A stretch of 64,000 nucleotides of DNA from NCBI GenBank assembly GCA_964304625.1, contig OZ199839.1:9376528-9440527 (forward strand), read 5' to 3'. Source of the DNA: Kudoa neothunni (lineage: Eukaryota; Animalia; Cnidaria). Shown piece after piece: positions 27,601 to 41,712 of the stretch. Numbering within the stretch: position 1 is the stretch's first letter; every line of letters begins with the position of its first letter. The notes beneath the pieces are model-generated. The model worked only from the letters and a program-made list of their open reading frames with translations, was not told where the DNA came from and ran no database searches. A program made the position numbers and the translations under genes.

Positions 27601-28448
27601 CATTCTTAACTCAAAGTCACCGATAGAATTTTGGAAAAACCTATCAGGAATGAAATATCCTAACTTATTTCTATCTTCGGAACTACTTATTGTTGTGAAG
27701 ACCTTTATTCTACGATGAAATTTGTGAAATCGAAGCATCGCGGATCCCTCACGAACAAACACCTGACGAAATTAATTCGTACGGCTTTGGCATCATATGA
27801 TCCAGATTTCCCTCAGCTCAATGCCGATATGGAAACACATAAAAAAAACTTGTTTCTTTAGAAACAAGTTTTATAAAAAAAATTTCGAATTCACAGATTT
27901 ATTGTATTATTACTTTATACACGAATATTTAATTTTATCTTTTGTTAGACTACCATATACGATTAAAATTGAAAAATATTTTATTAATTTTTTGGCCATT
28001 TTCATAGAGAAACAATTTCGTGGATCATTAGCTACTAATATACTTTTCTTGAAAAACTATCATGAATTATACCTGTAGAAATTATATGGAAGTTTTCCAA
28101 CGATTAACTGAATAAGAACATAATTTAAGAATCTTTATTTATAATTCTACAATATTTTACATTAAGATGTGCCGAAAATTTCCAAAAGCGTAAGTTTTAA
28201 ATAAGGAAGCGATACATAAAAAAATTTTTACGCGTTGTGGTTCTTTAAAATTTGGGTACCCTTATAGTTGGCTCGCATTCTAGGAAAGTCTTGCCACCCC
28301 TTGTCTATAATTTCAAATTTAATCGATAAAAATGTTTCAAAATTTACATAAATATTTATATTCTAAATTGTTTTATTTAACAAAATATGGGGAATAAAGA
28401 TACCCAAATTTTACTCGGAGAGTGTAAATTTTCAAGTGACTTAGATGG
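24669..28448 (+). mobile_element. Decayed piggyBac element carrying a nested hAT transposon
   Basis: TTAA-flanked ends. Transposase N-terminus at 25061-25480 (FDGFIGCLLLMGIFDDNQQPVKELFGLEK) is cut off at about 25481. Confidence 0.8.
25482..28303 (+). pseudogene. hAT-superfamily (Buster/Charlie, GTF2IRD2-like) transposase pseudogene
   Basis: BED-like NLKRHYETNH; ASFIISWNISRAKHPYF; FSLVLD*STD; DGYPAMVGK; CIVRWLS; PIEFWK..KYPNL; FGTTYCCEDLYSTMKFVKSKHR. hAT-type right TIR ttgccaccccttg. Many stops. Confidence 0.85.
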
Positions 28449-28902
28449 TTAAAATCGAACGTAGCTTACTTAGGACCTCAAACTTCTTAATCATAATATT
28501 ATATTATATTTAGGTAGTTTATATATTCTTAAGTTATTATATTTGTTTTCAATTCTCGATAAACTTAAATATTTTTCTTACGATTCTTGTGATATAGAAG
28601 AATAAATATACTTTATCTGAGAGGAAAAGGATCTAATTTTTCACAATATATACAATAAACCATTACTATTTAATCATAACATATATTGAATCATACTTTT
28701 TAACTATTTTTTAAATTTTTAATTTCATAGAAATAAGGAAATTTTGCACCAAAATAAACCAAAATACTATGTAATAACATATATAGTTGAAATACATAAA
28801 ATTATTTGTTATATATATTTTCATAAAATAATTACTTGTTTTCTCTATCACATTAAAAATTGCAATTTTTGAATTTTGATAACATATTGTGGTTTTTTCA
28901 GA

Positions 28903-30350
28903 TTACACCGTAAAAGTTGCTACGGTACACATGAAACTACCAATACTATTCAGGAAAGCTGAAGCCAAGAAGGCGATTAATGAAAATCCAAATTTCACAT
29001 ATTCTGCATGTACAGTTTTCATGATACTCGCTCTAGTTGATTTAGCAAAGCAAATAATAATAGAAACGTATATCAGTAATAAAATATCTAAAAGTTCATA
29101 TATTTTTTATTTACTTACAAATTTTACTGGTAATAATAAAAAATAAATGAAAATATTTGATTTTTCTATTTTTGATGACAAAATAAGCGTAAGCAATCAA
29201 TACAATTAATATTAGCGTTGTACTCAAAATTCCATAAATATGAATTATTTTCTGGGTTAAATGTCCATGAGAGACTATAATATTACTATATAACGAATAC
29301 ACTCATAAATTAAATTACATAAATTAAGAGGCATTTTTGTCCACATAAAATGGCTCATTGAAATATCTAAAATAAAATATATTTACATAACATCTAACAA
29401 ACAATAGTTCTAATATATTAATAATAATTAATTATTAAATAATTATGACGTTTGCATTAGGCATTTTGATAATGTTTAATGATTTGATTCGATTCTTAAA
29501 TAAATTATAATTCAAATATTGGAACTAATAGGAGCCCATTTTAACTACTGTTGTTTTAAATTAATCAAACCCATATATTCTCACCATAGAATACTTCATT
29601 GGATATGTCCCTGTACGAACCTGTAAGAAAAATTTAGTGTATTTCTCAACTGGTATATATATATATATATATTTTATTTCATATACTGTCGAAAAATACG
29701 GTTAGCGCTGGTGAGCAATAAGTCCTCTTTAATGCTATATTCACAAAACAAGTTCCAAAAATGCCAACAAATACGACAATATTCTGATGGAGATAGTAGA
29801 CGATAGTTGATGAAAACGCTGCCATACTGAATAATACCACAGCATAGGATATTAGCCATATTCCAATCGCTCCGAAAATACGTGCAGTCTCCATGGTTAA
29901 CTCGTAATCTGCCTAAAAGTAACAAGTTATTATATGAGTACAGATATAAAATGATTCATTCAAACACCTACTGTTTTGAGTAATTCAAATTCAGGTATAA
30001 TTAGTTCTGTAACACACATATATTTCCAACGTATGCGAATTATTTCCACAATTTTTCTATTCTTAAAAAATATCCATATTTAACGCATACAAACACAGAA
30101 GGTCTCCTTACTGTTATACCTCCAGCTACTAGACACCAAAAATTATGTTTCCTAATGCTTCTTCTAATATGATTTAAAAATAGATTTTTATGATTTCATT
30201 AAATGAATAGAATTTTGATTAATTACAATTTTGTAATATAATAATTCTAAATACATATTTCTGTGCTTTCTTCTATGTATTAATTTATTTACTTATTATT
30301 ATTGGCCTTTATAACGCAAAATATGCTTGTTTTCTGGAAATTTTGGTGTG
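28903..30350 (-). CDS. Hypothetical multi-exon, multi-pass membrane protein (5' end uncertain)
   Basis: Several short exons bounded by GT-AG encode hydrophobic helices: IFGAIGIWLISYAVVLFSMAAF, IVVFVGIFGTCFVNIAL, IYGILSTTLILIVLIAYAYFVI and FGFSLIAFLASAFLNSIGSFMC. Family not recognised. Confidence 0.55.
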
Positions 30351-31229
30351 TTTAATGTAGTTATTATAATATGACGGAAAATTGTTATCAAACTGAAAAA
30401 TATAGAGTTTTTGATAAAGAATGGACAGATTTTTTTTCTCAACATAAAATAATGTACCCTACAGATAATCATACGATGAATTGTCCATTGTTTATTATCC
30501 TTCTTTATATATATATATATATATAATAGGTATCTATCTGTATTTCCTCAAAGTGTGCATTTACGAAAATATCTTAACATTATACAAGAATCCTTGACAC
30601 GTTTAACCATTTTTTTATTTTACAACTTTTTATCGTCAATGTAGAACCTCCTATAAATGTTATAGGTCCTTTATTGACGAAGATATAATGGCTTTATTCC
30701 GATGGCCTAATCAGCGGAGGATAAATTATTGTTATCGATTACCTTAAGAAATCAAAATTGAGGGTTCATAAATGTGATTTCAATAATTTAGAGAATTATA
30801 ATGTTTCGGTTATTATATGAACCTTATAATTTAAGCGTAAATTAATCTATCATAATGATATAAGTTTACAACTGTTTGAACTATAAATTTATAGGTTTCT
30901 AATTATAATTTCTAGTCAATAATTCTTTTCAGTATCATTTTATATGCAGTAAGTAACCAACTTCACGCACTTTTTAAAATCCTATTTGGTTAGAATACTG
31001 ATTTGTCATTGGTTATATAATATGTTTCTTATAATATTTCAATCAAAATTTTTATAAAAATTATTTCAAAAAGTTGCTAAATAACTTGACTACAAAGTCA
31101 CGCGATTGGCCAATTCTACGCTCTTTTTTCGGGTACTTCTTGTTTATTATTTAGTTAAGTCAATATTTAATGCCATAAAACTGCCAATGTATAGAATTTT
31201 TAAATATTTATTATCTTGACTCCTAATGA

Positions 31230-31650
31230 CATTCTAGAGATGAAAAATAAAATAATCAAAACCTATAAATGTTTGCAGAATCTAAAGATAGAAATTATTT
31301 CCGTGCAGGACAATTTAATTCTGTTTATGAAGATGTATACGAGCGGATCGGGTGGACACAAAGCAGAAAAATTGTAGTAAGCGTTGTTACGAGAATCATC
31401 CAGAGAAATCAATTAGCCAAAGAAATAGGTTTATCTTCATGTTCAATTCGTGGAGGATTTCAGTGTAATAAAAAAGATCCATATTTAAATATCTAATTTT
31501 ATTAATTATTCTGCTGATGCTAAGCCTGAAACTACTTCAGAGTGGATCAATCAAATCAGAACATTTTTTGAAATATACTCCGAAAATTCTATTTAAAATG
31601 AAGACGAAACAGCTTATTCTACCGATAGCAACAAGAAGAGTATTATTAGC
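31230..31650 (+). pseudogene. pogo/Tigger-type transposase fragment
   Basis: CENP-B-like RAGQFNSVYEDVY, then SADAK..EWINQI...YSENSI*NEDETAY resembling the pogo N-x-D-E-T motif. Frameshifted and truncated by the SINE. Confidence 0.55.
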
Positions 31651-31654
31651 CGTG

Positions 31655-32100
31655 GACAAATAGCACATCGGTGTGACGCTCGGACTCATTATCTTGAGGT
31701 AATGGGTTCGAATCCGCCAGTGGTCAGACTACTGCTTCCGTGTCGGTGGATGTCTATCCCATATTTGGGAGCTGTGGTTAAAGTGTACGCTCGCTGTAGA
31801 GTGGAATGTACTGTCAGCCAGATTTTCGTGAGGTGGGGTGAGCGTGAATAGGAGTTTGAATTTCCGGAACCCGTCGAAGGGTAAAATAATTTGCAGTTCC
31901 CACAGAGCCAACGCCCTTAAAGAGATAGGGTTTGGGATGGTGGTTGCTCCAAAACGAGGATGTTAGTTTAGCGGGTTAAAATCCCACATTACCGCCTAAA
32001 CGTAAGTCGTCATATTATGGGAAGGGCCTAACCAGCCCAATTTCACAACCTAACAAGTTTTGACAGGGGTTTGGTCCAGTAAAACAAAAAAAATAAAAAT
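31655..32100 (+). mobile_element. tRNA(Met-like)-derived SINE
   Basis: The tRNA-like head at 31655-31726 has an A box (TAGCACATCGG), a CTCAT anticodon-like loop and a B box (GGTTCGAATCC). It is followed by a roughly 350-bp GC-rich body and an A-rich tail. Confidence 0.7.
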
Positions 32101-32657
32101 TATAACTCAACAAAATATTATTTTAATTTTTTCTATTGGTTTACTATATGTATTATTACATATTTTAATATTTTTTATCGAAATGTTCTACAGCCTCAGT
32201 AAAGTTAGGAATTCATTTGTTTACAAAAATATTCCAGTTACACCTTTTTATTTTAAAATACTTTATCAAGTAATCACTTTATAAATTTTGAATAATTTTT
32301 TATTATTCTATGAAAAATTTTGAATCTAGTGCTAATGACATTGTTTGTTTTATTTTATATCTAATCGAAAATTCATTAAGTCGTGTCATAATTATTTGAG
32401 CCATACATTTGAAACAATAAATAAAGATTATAAAATTAATAAAATCCAGTAATAAGTTCGATACGCAATTAAAAATTTAAACTTAAGGAATAAAAATACG
32501 AGAAATTAAAATTTAAGTCCCATTTTAAACGCATAAACACGAGAATAATATAATTATCATAGCAAACAATACAAAATATACTTTTCAAATTAATATTTAG
32601 ATCAGTATATTTAACATCAGAAATATAGACCATTTTCAGTCATTTTAAAATTTTTGA

Positions 32658-35472
32658 TTATATGAAACGCTTCTTCCGATAATTGACGGTCAAATAAATA
32701 AATGGAGAATAATATGACCAAAGTTAATAAAATTGCGATAACCCTAAACGAAATTTAAATATATATATTAAATATGATACTTTGCGTGCGTGTCGCTAAC
32801 AAATTGAATTATTATACTTTGACAAAGTAAATTTACTTTTTTTTGGAATGACCCACTTTACTACCTGAAATAGTTAAAAATGAAATTCACGTAATGTAAT
32901 TAACAATATAAAATAGTTTTATTACCCTCCTCAATTTCAGCAACACCATAAATTGAAGAATCGCTTTCCAAAATAACTTGCAAGTGATAGTCAGATTTGT
33001 TGGAAACAGGCGAAATGTTAAAATGAAGACACAAAGGAATCTGAACACATCCAGTCATGTTGATGGGAGTACATCGTTTAACAATATTTCTAATATCAAT
33101 GGTATCCAAATCTGTAAGATACCACAAACATTTTGCTTTATTTTGATCAACCCCAGGAGGGAGTGTTGTTTCCACCTCGAATAAATTTCCATTTCTCGTT
33201 ATTTTTAATGTCAATTAATTTTGAAGCATCACTGATGAGCGGAGGTAAAGTTCCTAATAAACGTTTTTATTATACAAGACGCCAAAAACCGTAAAGTATC
33301 AATATTATTACTTGGACTCACGGTAATATTTTGTTTGTAGGAATATTGGAACGATTTTACTTCAACAAAGTACTCTTCTGATGGTTTATAGTGGTGTGTA
33401 AAGACGATATTTGAGCAAAGAGGAATAATGGCACAGTGACCAACATCCTCATTAATATCAGGACCATCATTCTCAGACATTTTAAACGAATAATTCATTT
33501 GTAACGGACAAATGAAAACCGGAAAATAGTTTCCAGCTGTAATTAGCCATACTTTGTAAAAGCACTTGGCTTGTCGTAACTGAATATGTGACTCCTCTTC
33601 TGCCTTCAGCATGAAACCATTATCCGTGTATGTTTTTTTAAAATTAATATCATTGTTTTCTAAATGTTATACTATTTATCCTATGGAAACATAATCGGGA
33701 TAATACTTGTTTTAAATTTGAAAATGTGTAACCCGAAATAGTCAGAAGCAACTACTTTTAGGTCATATTCGGTTGCTTCTTCGAGTGAATAGAGCAATGT
33801 CAACGTAGAGCATGGTTTCCTGCATGGATTCCCCAAATAACATACAGCTTCATAATAAATATCTTTATTAGCTGGGCTGAGATAATAAGTGCATGATAAA
33901 GAAAACTCAGATATAGCAAAGTGAGGTTTAATATCAACGACTGCTTCGTTATAATTTGTCAGAGCCACTTCAGATTCAACCATATAATTTATTATTGTGT
34001 CTAAAAAATTACTACATCAAACTAAATATTTGTTGTTATTACTTGTTCTAATAAATAATTTCTCCGTAAATTCGAACCCCATTTTCTCGGTAACATTGAG
34101 AGCAATTATATATGGTCTCCCTGGATATAATTTAGTTAAATATTTAATACTGTAGCATTCTGTATCACAAACACCACCATAGCTACAAGTGGGTGGCTCT
34201 AATGTATCTAATAAAGGTGTGGGTTTGTCTGCTTCATATATCATTAATTCACAACGAAAAAATTGGTCATCCCAAATAAAACCTTTTCAGGAGGGTGAAA
34301 TTAATTTTTACATGAACAGACGATGAATCAAGGAATAGATTGTTTTGGGTTTGAAATGTTTTGATAATCACTAAAAACAAAAATCGAAGCTCAAATCTAA
34401 TTAGAACATCAAATTAGTAGCATACCCAGCTTTGATTGACTAAACCCTCCCAAATTGTATCTAGTTCTTATCAAAACATCCACGATTGGCATATAACCTG
34501 CCATGAATAAGGTGACGTCATTACAGTAGCTGTAACATTTTCTGTCCTTTTTATTTCCACAATTTGACTGGTACATATATTTTTTGCTAGGAGACGCATC
34601 GCTTCCTTTTCTAATATTGAACTCACATATTTCTGGTTCGACTTGGTTGGAGAACTTCAAGCTATATCCATCTCTGTTCGTTCCGGATGTGTATTCTACG
34701 TGAAACTGTCGCTGAAACACATCAATATGATTTCTCATATATGTGTTTGGCATTATATAAAAGAAAAGGTGGATAGAGATTGCAATTAATTTTATAACGT
34801 GGGACCATAACGTGAAAATCAAGTATGATTCTTCTGTTTTTCTCAACCTCATTGAAACCATAACATTTCAACGAATTACAAGAAACGTTACAAGAAGTGT
34901 CCAATTTTGAAATTTTTATTACTAAATTTGATTTTTTTAGTTCCTACTTTATATTTTGGGTTAATAATTAAAGCTAAATATAGTTGATAACAGATATGTA
35001 GCATTCGTTTAGCATACGGATTGAAAACACCAAAAACAACACCAATGGTTTGGGGGTTGTGTTTTTTTCGTTTGGATAATCAATTTCTCTAACCAGTATA
35101 TACTTGATCCTAGGGAGAAACTTTCTTATTTTTAAGGAAAATTTGTCTGATTGGCATTTCGTGATACACATGTCATTTGGAGAAAGTGAATCATCCTCAC
35201 AATTGGCATCATTATTAAACGTCCTTATTTTTTCGTCGACCACAGACAAAAAGCAATAATTTTCAAATATTTTTACATTCAGCTTTAATCTAAATTGATA
35301 ATTAACAGACAGCATATACTTTATTGAGCCCGTAGATGAAAGTTTTTTTGGACTTTGCAAGCAATAAAAAGTTCGTAATGGAACCTTAAAATAAATATTC
35401 TCATACAATTAAGAATATAAAATTACATAAAATAAAATATATGAAAATATATATTCAAACTCGGATGAACAT
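32658..35472 (-). pseudogene. Paralogue D of the FN3-like surface protein family (frameshifted: pseudogene or assembly errors)
   Basis: Same exon series and motifs (MPNTYMRNHIDVFQRQFHVEY, YPGRPYII, CLWYL), a 15-nt micro-exon at 32781-32795 and a TM exon. Frameshifts fall in homopolymers near 35345, 34765 and 34280, and in the TM exon. Confidence 0.8.
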
Positions 35473-36835
35473 TATTAATTATATCGACAAATAAGATTAT
35501 TTGGATAATACTTATATTAATAATTTAATATGGATAAATGACACAACGTGAATTTGCCATTAAGTGAAAATAATGTCGGTTTATATTAACTTAAAAAATT
35601 ACATTTAAGTCTATTGATTAAATTCTTAAATAAATATACCACCTATTATTTTCAGTCTTATATTTTAAAATTCTACATTATTTAAAGTTTTATTTTATTC
35701 TATATATACACTTGAATGTTAGTTATGAAATATTTTGAAAAAATAATATTAATTTGAGAATACATTTAATTTAAAATATAAAGATATGTTTCTATAAATG
35801 TATCGTTTTCTTTACAAAAATTCGTCTAATTAGTCTCAATTAAAAACGTATTATATTTAGTTACTAATTTAATTCTTTGTTTATTATATTTTTAACCGGA
35901 ATTTAAATATATATATACATATAATTCCTATATTATTTTTTGATATTTTTTCATTGATAAAATATTATAATTAAAAAATTAAAAATTATACTCATTTGGA
36001 TAAATATACTCACGTTTTCTTGCGATTAAGGCCGAATCAGTAAAAAAACTATACTTTGACTGTAACTACAGTCGACAACGCCTAGGTCACTTTCGAGAGA
36101 ATGAATTGAATGGGCCAATCCAATTGGATTAAATTTAATCATTTCAATGCCTGATATGTGTGAGCAATATAAATTAATTCTTTGATGATTTACGATTTTT
36201 TGGTTTGAATAAAACAATAAAATGTCAGTTATATTTTAAAATAATACTGGTACATGTTTAAGTATATAAATTTTGACATTAATTCAAATATTAATGGAAA
36301 ACGTAGATATTTACCTATATGTGGTTTCCTCTTTGTATGTAAAACATTGAATACAAAAGATTTGTAAAAAAGTCTAAATTTAAGTAAAATAATTTTATAT
36401 ACATTAAAATTTATTAAAAATCAATAATTTTTTTGTTCCATTATTTTATTCACAATCCTATAAAATAAATGAATCCATATTATTTATATTATTATAACGA
36501 TACTTTTATTTATATTCTTAAAAAAATAACTTTTATTATTTTAATGATAAATAATATATTTTTTCTATAACTATTAACTGGCTAAAATCAATGAAATAAT
36601 TTATTAAAAATATTAACGTATATTAATATTCGGTTTTATTTCAAAACTTTTTCCTCACTTTTTTTACTCGTTATCAGTATTTTAAATAATTTGGATCCAA
36701 TTTTTTCAAAATAATGTTGTTTCTTATTTTTTACTATAAAATTGTGGATTAATATATATATATATAAATATTGAAATGAGTTAAAAATTAAATAATTTAA
36801 TAAAAATGAATAAAACAAAATTTATCTTAATGATC

Positions 36836-38394
36836 ATCTAATGATTTTAGATTTTGGGGTAAATTTTACTTCAAGCCGATTTTGTATTCATTATATCTTT
36901 TTAATTCGTCTATTAAATATCACGAGATTTTCAATACTCCTAGATCTTGTAATGATTTACTCTCACAAAATAAATTCAAAAAGAACTAATGAAAATAAAA
37001 AGTTTTACTGAAATATTATCCTCTAGTGTTTTTTTGGGTAAAATTTACCTTATTGTTTTATTATTGTAGTAAAAAGAGGATTATGTAAATAATCAAATGT
37101 TACATTATTAGTTAAATCACACGAGTAGATTTGACGAAAACAATGAACAAAATCACTAGTTGGGACAATGCGCATGTGCAAGTAGCGCATAATTCTAGTG
37201 AATGGCGCGAGTGATTTCATTAAAGAATATACCCCGCATGGAAACGAATATGACGATCAAGTTATTTATAAAAGTGATATAACAGGCGACGAAATAGATA
37301 TTAATTATAATAATTTAAAACGTAAAAGTGGAATTATTTGGAGCTTATCAAAGTCATCTACGAGAAAACCCTGTGCATACAACATAATGAGTTTCATCCG
37401 TGATGTCATTTCGTATGTTGTATCCAAAATAAAATCATTTATTCATTGGTTTTTGTTATCCTTTATCTCAAAAATAGATAGTATTATCATAAAGTATGCA
37501 AAAATATGCTTGGAAATCATTATTTCAATGATGATCGACAAGATGCCAATGAAACTGAATTTAAAGGTTATGTAGACCATCTAATACTAACAGCTATTCA
37601 TAAGGATAGACAAGTACCACTGACAATACTGTCATTGATGCGTCTAAAAATTTAAAACCTCATACGACAATGCGTTACAAAGCAACCAAAGATGGGATTG
37701 ATAATGTGGATAGAATGTTGGCATAAATTTCTACCCAGATGTTTAAAAGAAGATAGCCGTTTATCGTCTTTTCGACATGAGTGAAATTTCGTTGAATAAT
37801 GCGTTTGCATAATTAAATGACATACTTAATTCAGAGAAAAAATTAAGGAGAAACTTTTTGAAAGAGATTTCTAATAAATGTACAATCAATTGTAAACTGA
37901 ATCTCCAGAAAAGTTATCAAAAAAAATTTAAATAAATCTGATATTCGTATAATGATCCAATTTTAAATAAAAAACACGCTGAGATTATTGTGAAAGATAA
38001 ATGATCAGAGAAACTCTAAATGGTGTCATAATTGTTGCAGGTTTTATTTCTTCACTCACGTGTCGAAATTCTTTTGAATTGCCAAGGTTAATTGCTGTTC
38101 TTATTTTTGTCTCTTGTAATTTTTTTATGAGTCTTTTATTAGCCGATAACATTACTTTTATTTTGTAACTGCTTAGGAAAAACGTCGATATATCCCAGAA
38201 ATGTCATTATTGAGATTAGTTTGAGATTACTTGGCGTACTACATTAAATATTCCAATGATTCTACCCCTTGAAATTTAACAATATTTTGTATCCTCCATT
38301 TAATTATTATTTACACACATCGGAGCAATATAAAAGTGGTGTAATTTTTATCCAAAAAATGTTACAGGGGTACCTTTTTGAGATAGTTAGAGGG
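36836..38394 (+). mobile_element. Internally deleted piggyBac element
   Basis: Right end TTAGAGGG-TTAA. Remnants of the N-terminus (37198-37575) and of the TKDGIDNVDRML motif near 37685. Confidence 0.75.
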
Positions 38395-38562
38395 TTAATA
38401 ACCTAACATATATATATATATATATATAGCTACTAAAAATAGAGATTTGATAAAATACAAATATTAGCCAACAAAAAATAATTTGAATATTGAATTTTTT
38501 TTAGGATTAGCACTAATGACGTAGAAGTAATGTAACGTTGATTTTTTCGCCCAACTAATTAA

Positions 38563-41358
38563 TTAATGGTTGGGCAAAATCATACGTTTCCTCCAAATTA
38601 ACATTAAATACGTAATCGAAAAGAGTAGAACGAATGTGAATAAAATTACGATTATCCTAAAAATAATTTTAAAATTCAAAAATAAAAAAAGTACCTCAAA
38701 TTCTTATTCCTATATAAAAAAATTAATGATTACGAAGGAAGGAAAATTTACCCAGCATTTGAAGCTGCAAATTTATTATCTATATTATTACATAAAGGTC
38801 GTGTAAAAATAACCGGTGCTGAAATTACCTATTATTATTATTTCGGCAATACCATAAATTGAAGGATCCTTTGCCAGAATAACTTGCAGGTGATAGTCAG
38901 TTTGCGTTGGAAACGGAGGAAATATTAAATTGTTCGCATGTCGGGATCTGTATGCAACCAGTTATGTTGTCCATTGTACATCGCTGAGTTATTTTTCTTG
39001 TGCCAATCGCATTCAAATCGCTTAGATTACCACCAGCAATCTCGATTTAGTAGAATCCAGCCCAGGAGGAAGTTTTGATCCTACTATCAATGTATCTCCA
39101 TATCTATTAATTGAAACTTCAATTATTTTTGTTTTATCGGTTTGCAATTGTGGGAACGATTCTAATTTAATTTTAAGTAATAAAAGGCCAAATATTAACA
39201 GATATAATATTCTATATTTCTACTTGGATCTACCGTAAGATTTTGTTCGTATGAAATTTGAAATGGTAGTATTGCTATAAAATATTCTTCCGTAGGATCG
39301 TATTGATGGGTGAAGGTAATATTATTACAGTGAGATACAAAAGAACAATTTTTTACATCGTCCATGTTTAATACATCTTTTTCCATTATTTTAAAAGCAT
39401 GGTCGATAACAGACGGACATCTGTAAACTAGCACAAAAATTTCACCTTTCTTTTTCCAAATTTTGTAGTAACATTGTTTTTGTAGTAAATCAGGACTTGT
39501 ATTATTGATTTCTGCATAAATCATAAAGCCATTATCAATAAATACTTGTTTAAACTTGATATTATAGGCCTCTATTAAATATGAACGTAAAATATAACAG
39601 TTATTCTTGTATTTACTGGTTTTAAAGTTGAAGGTATGTACACCAAAACTATTAGAAGATATAACTTTTAAATCATAATTAGTTGCTGGTTGGAGCGACA
39701 ACATATAAGTCAACGTAGAACATGGTTTTCTGCATGGATTAGCGAAATAAACATTCTGCCTCATAAAAAACTATCCTCACTTGCCCTACTGAGATAATAC
39801 GAGCAAGTTAATGAGAAATGGCTTGTCAAAATATTCGGCTCAATATAAAATATTCCTTCGTTTAGATTAATGGAGGCTATTTCTAACTTGGGTTGTAATT
39901 TTTCCACAGGAGCTATCAAAACTATACAAAAATTTTAAAATAACAATTACTTGTTCTAAAAAATATTGTTTCTATGAAAGTGAAATTGGTTTTCTCAGTA
40001 ACATTTAAGGCAATTATATATGGTCTTCCAGGTGATAGGTTAATTAAATATTTTCGTTGATAACAATCAGTATCACAAGGAGAATTATCATTACAAATAG
40101 CCTCTATAAACGACGTAGGTGAGGGTTTGTCCGCTTCGTGTATCATTATGTTACAACAAGATAAATGACTATCTTGAAAAAAACTTCTCACTAGGGTCAA
40201 ATCTAGTTTAACCCCAAATGAAGAAGGTTCTATCAATGGCTCTCTATATGTGTCGAAATTTCGGAAAATCACTAAAAATATATTATTTATGTAATTTCGA
40301 TAAATACTAGATAGTATGGCGATTTACCTACTTTAGATAAATTAATTCCATGATACTTACGTCTATTTTTAATCGTAATCTCAACAATAGGAGTATAACC
40401 TCTCATAAACAACGATACTCGATTACACGGAGCATAACATTCGCCCGCCTCACTGTTACCACAATTTGATTCATATTGATATTTGTTGTGGTGGGATGTG
40501 TCGCTTCCGTTCCTAATACTGAATTCACATATTTCTGGTTCAGCTTTGTTGGAAAATTTCAGTTGATACTCTGCTTTATCAACTCCGGGTTTATATTCTA
40601 CGTGGAATTGTGGCTGAAAAACAGCTATATTTTTTCGCATATACATATTTGGCATGTGGTAATAGAAGGGTGGATGTTCAATGCAACTCATTTTGTAATA
40701 CGTTATTAACATACTGAAGTCCAGTTCGAATGTGTCAAAATCGTAAGTCCCGTTCAAACCATAGCATTTCAAAGAAGCACAAGAAACTGAACAAGTGTAT
40801 TGTTTTTTAGTTATTTTCAGCATCAATGATGACTTTTTTGTATTTATTTTAAATCGTGGATAGATCAAAATGGCTAAAAAAGTATTATATACAACATAAT
40901 TAATCATGGTTACGGATAGTCAGACCGAAAACGATTGCACCCTGCACTGTTGAATCAGCGGAATTTATATTATCAATTCCCTGGGTTAAAATGTATTTTA
41001 ATCTTGGATACATTTTTGAAATGCCCAGTGAATAACTTTGTCCTTGGCAGTTCGTAGCACATATATCCCTTTGATGAACTGATTTATCGCTGCAGATATT
41101 TTCCTCCGAAAACCTCATTTGATTTTCATTCGCCATGCTCAACTGACAAATAGATTGTTTTATCCCAATTCTAATGTTTAGTCTCAGTTTCAGCCTGGAA
41201 CCAGTGCATTTATATTCAAGCACATCTTTAGCTTCTTCGTTCTGATTAGTTACCATATGAATGCATATAAAAATAAAATCTAATATACAAGAACAATTAG
41301 TTAAACATTAAATTAAGTTCTTACAGACTACAATGAATTGGTAATATGTAAAAATCAT
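38563..41358 (-). CDS. Paralogue E of the FN3-like surface protein family (a few single-base insertions)
   Basis: Signal exon MIFTYYQFIVV. Collinear exons, 28-nt and 15-nt micro-exons, TM IIVILFTFVLLFSITYLMLIW then RKR. Extra bases near 39750-39770 and 39028. Confidence 0.8.
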
Positions 41359-41712
41359 TAATATTAATTAATTGTTAATAATAATATTATATAAATTAAA
41401 TATACTTATTGCCTTAATAATAAGCGTCGTGATTAATCATAATAAATCTAACCAAATATAGTCATTAATCCTAGTAATTATTTTAATCACATTATATGTA
41501 ATTCTTTATTAATTTGTTAGTTTAAAAATGGTGTCACAATAACAATAATAAATTATAGAATAATAAAATTAGCTTAAAATAAGAAATATTAAGAATACTT
41601 CCTATTAGAAAAAATAATAGTAAAATTAAAGATAAATATTTTATTTTCATGGTAATTAATTTTATCACAGGCTTGTTTACCTTTGAATATCAAAATTATA
41701 ATGTTTTGTCAA

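Noticed and set aside
31655-31726. Functional tRNA-Met gene
   Set aside because: The acceptor and T stems are mismatched, there is no poly-T terminator right after it, and it continues into a SINE-like body.
33432-33438. CACAGTG heptamer suggesting RAG-type recombination signals
   Set aside because: It lies inside an exon, has no spaced nonamer and does not recur at cassette borders.
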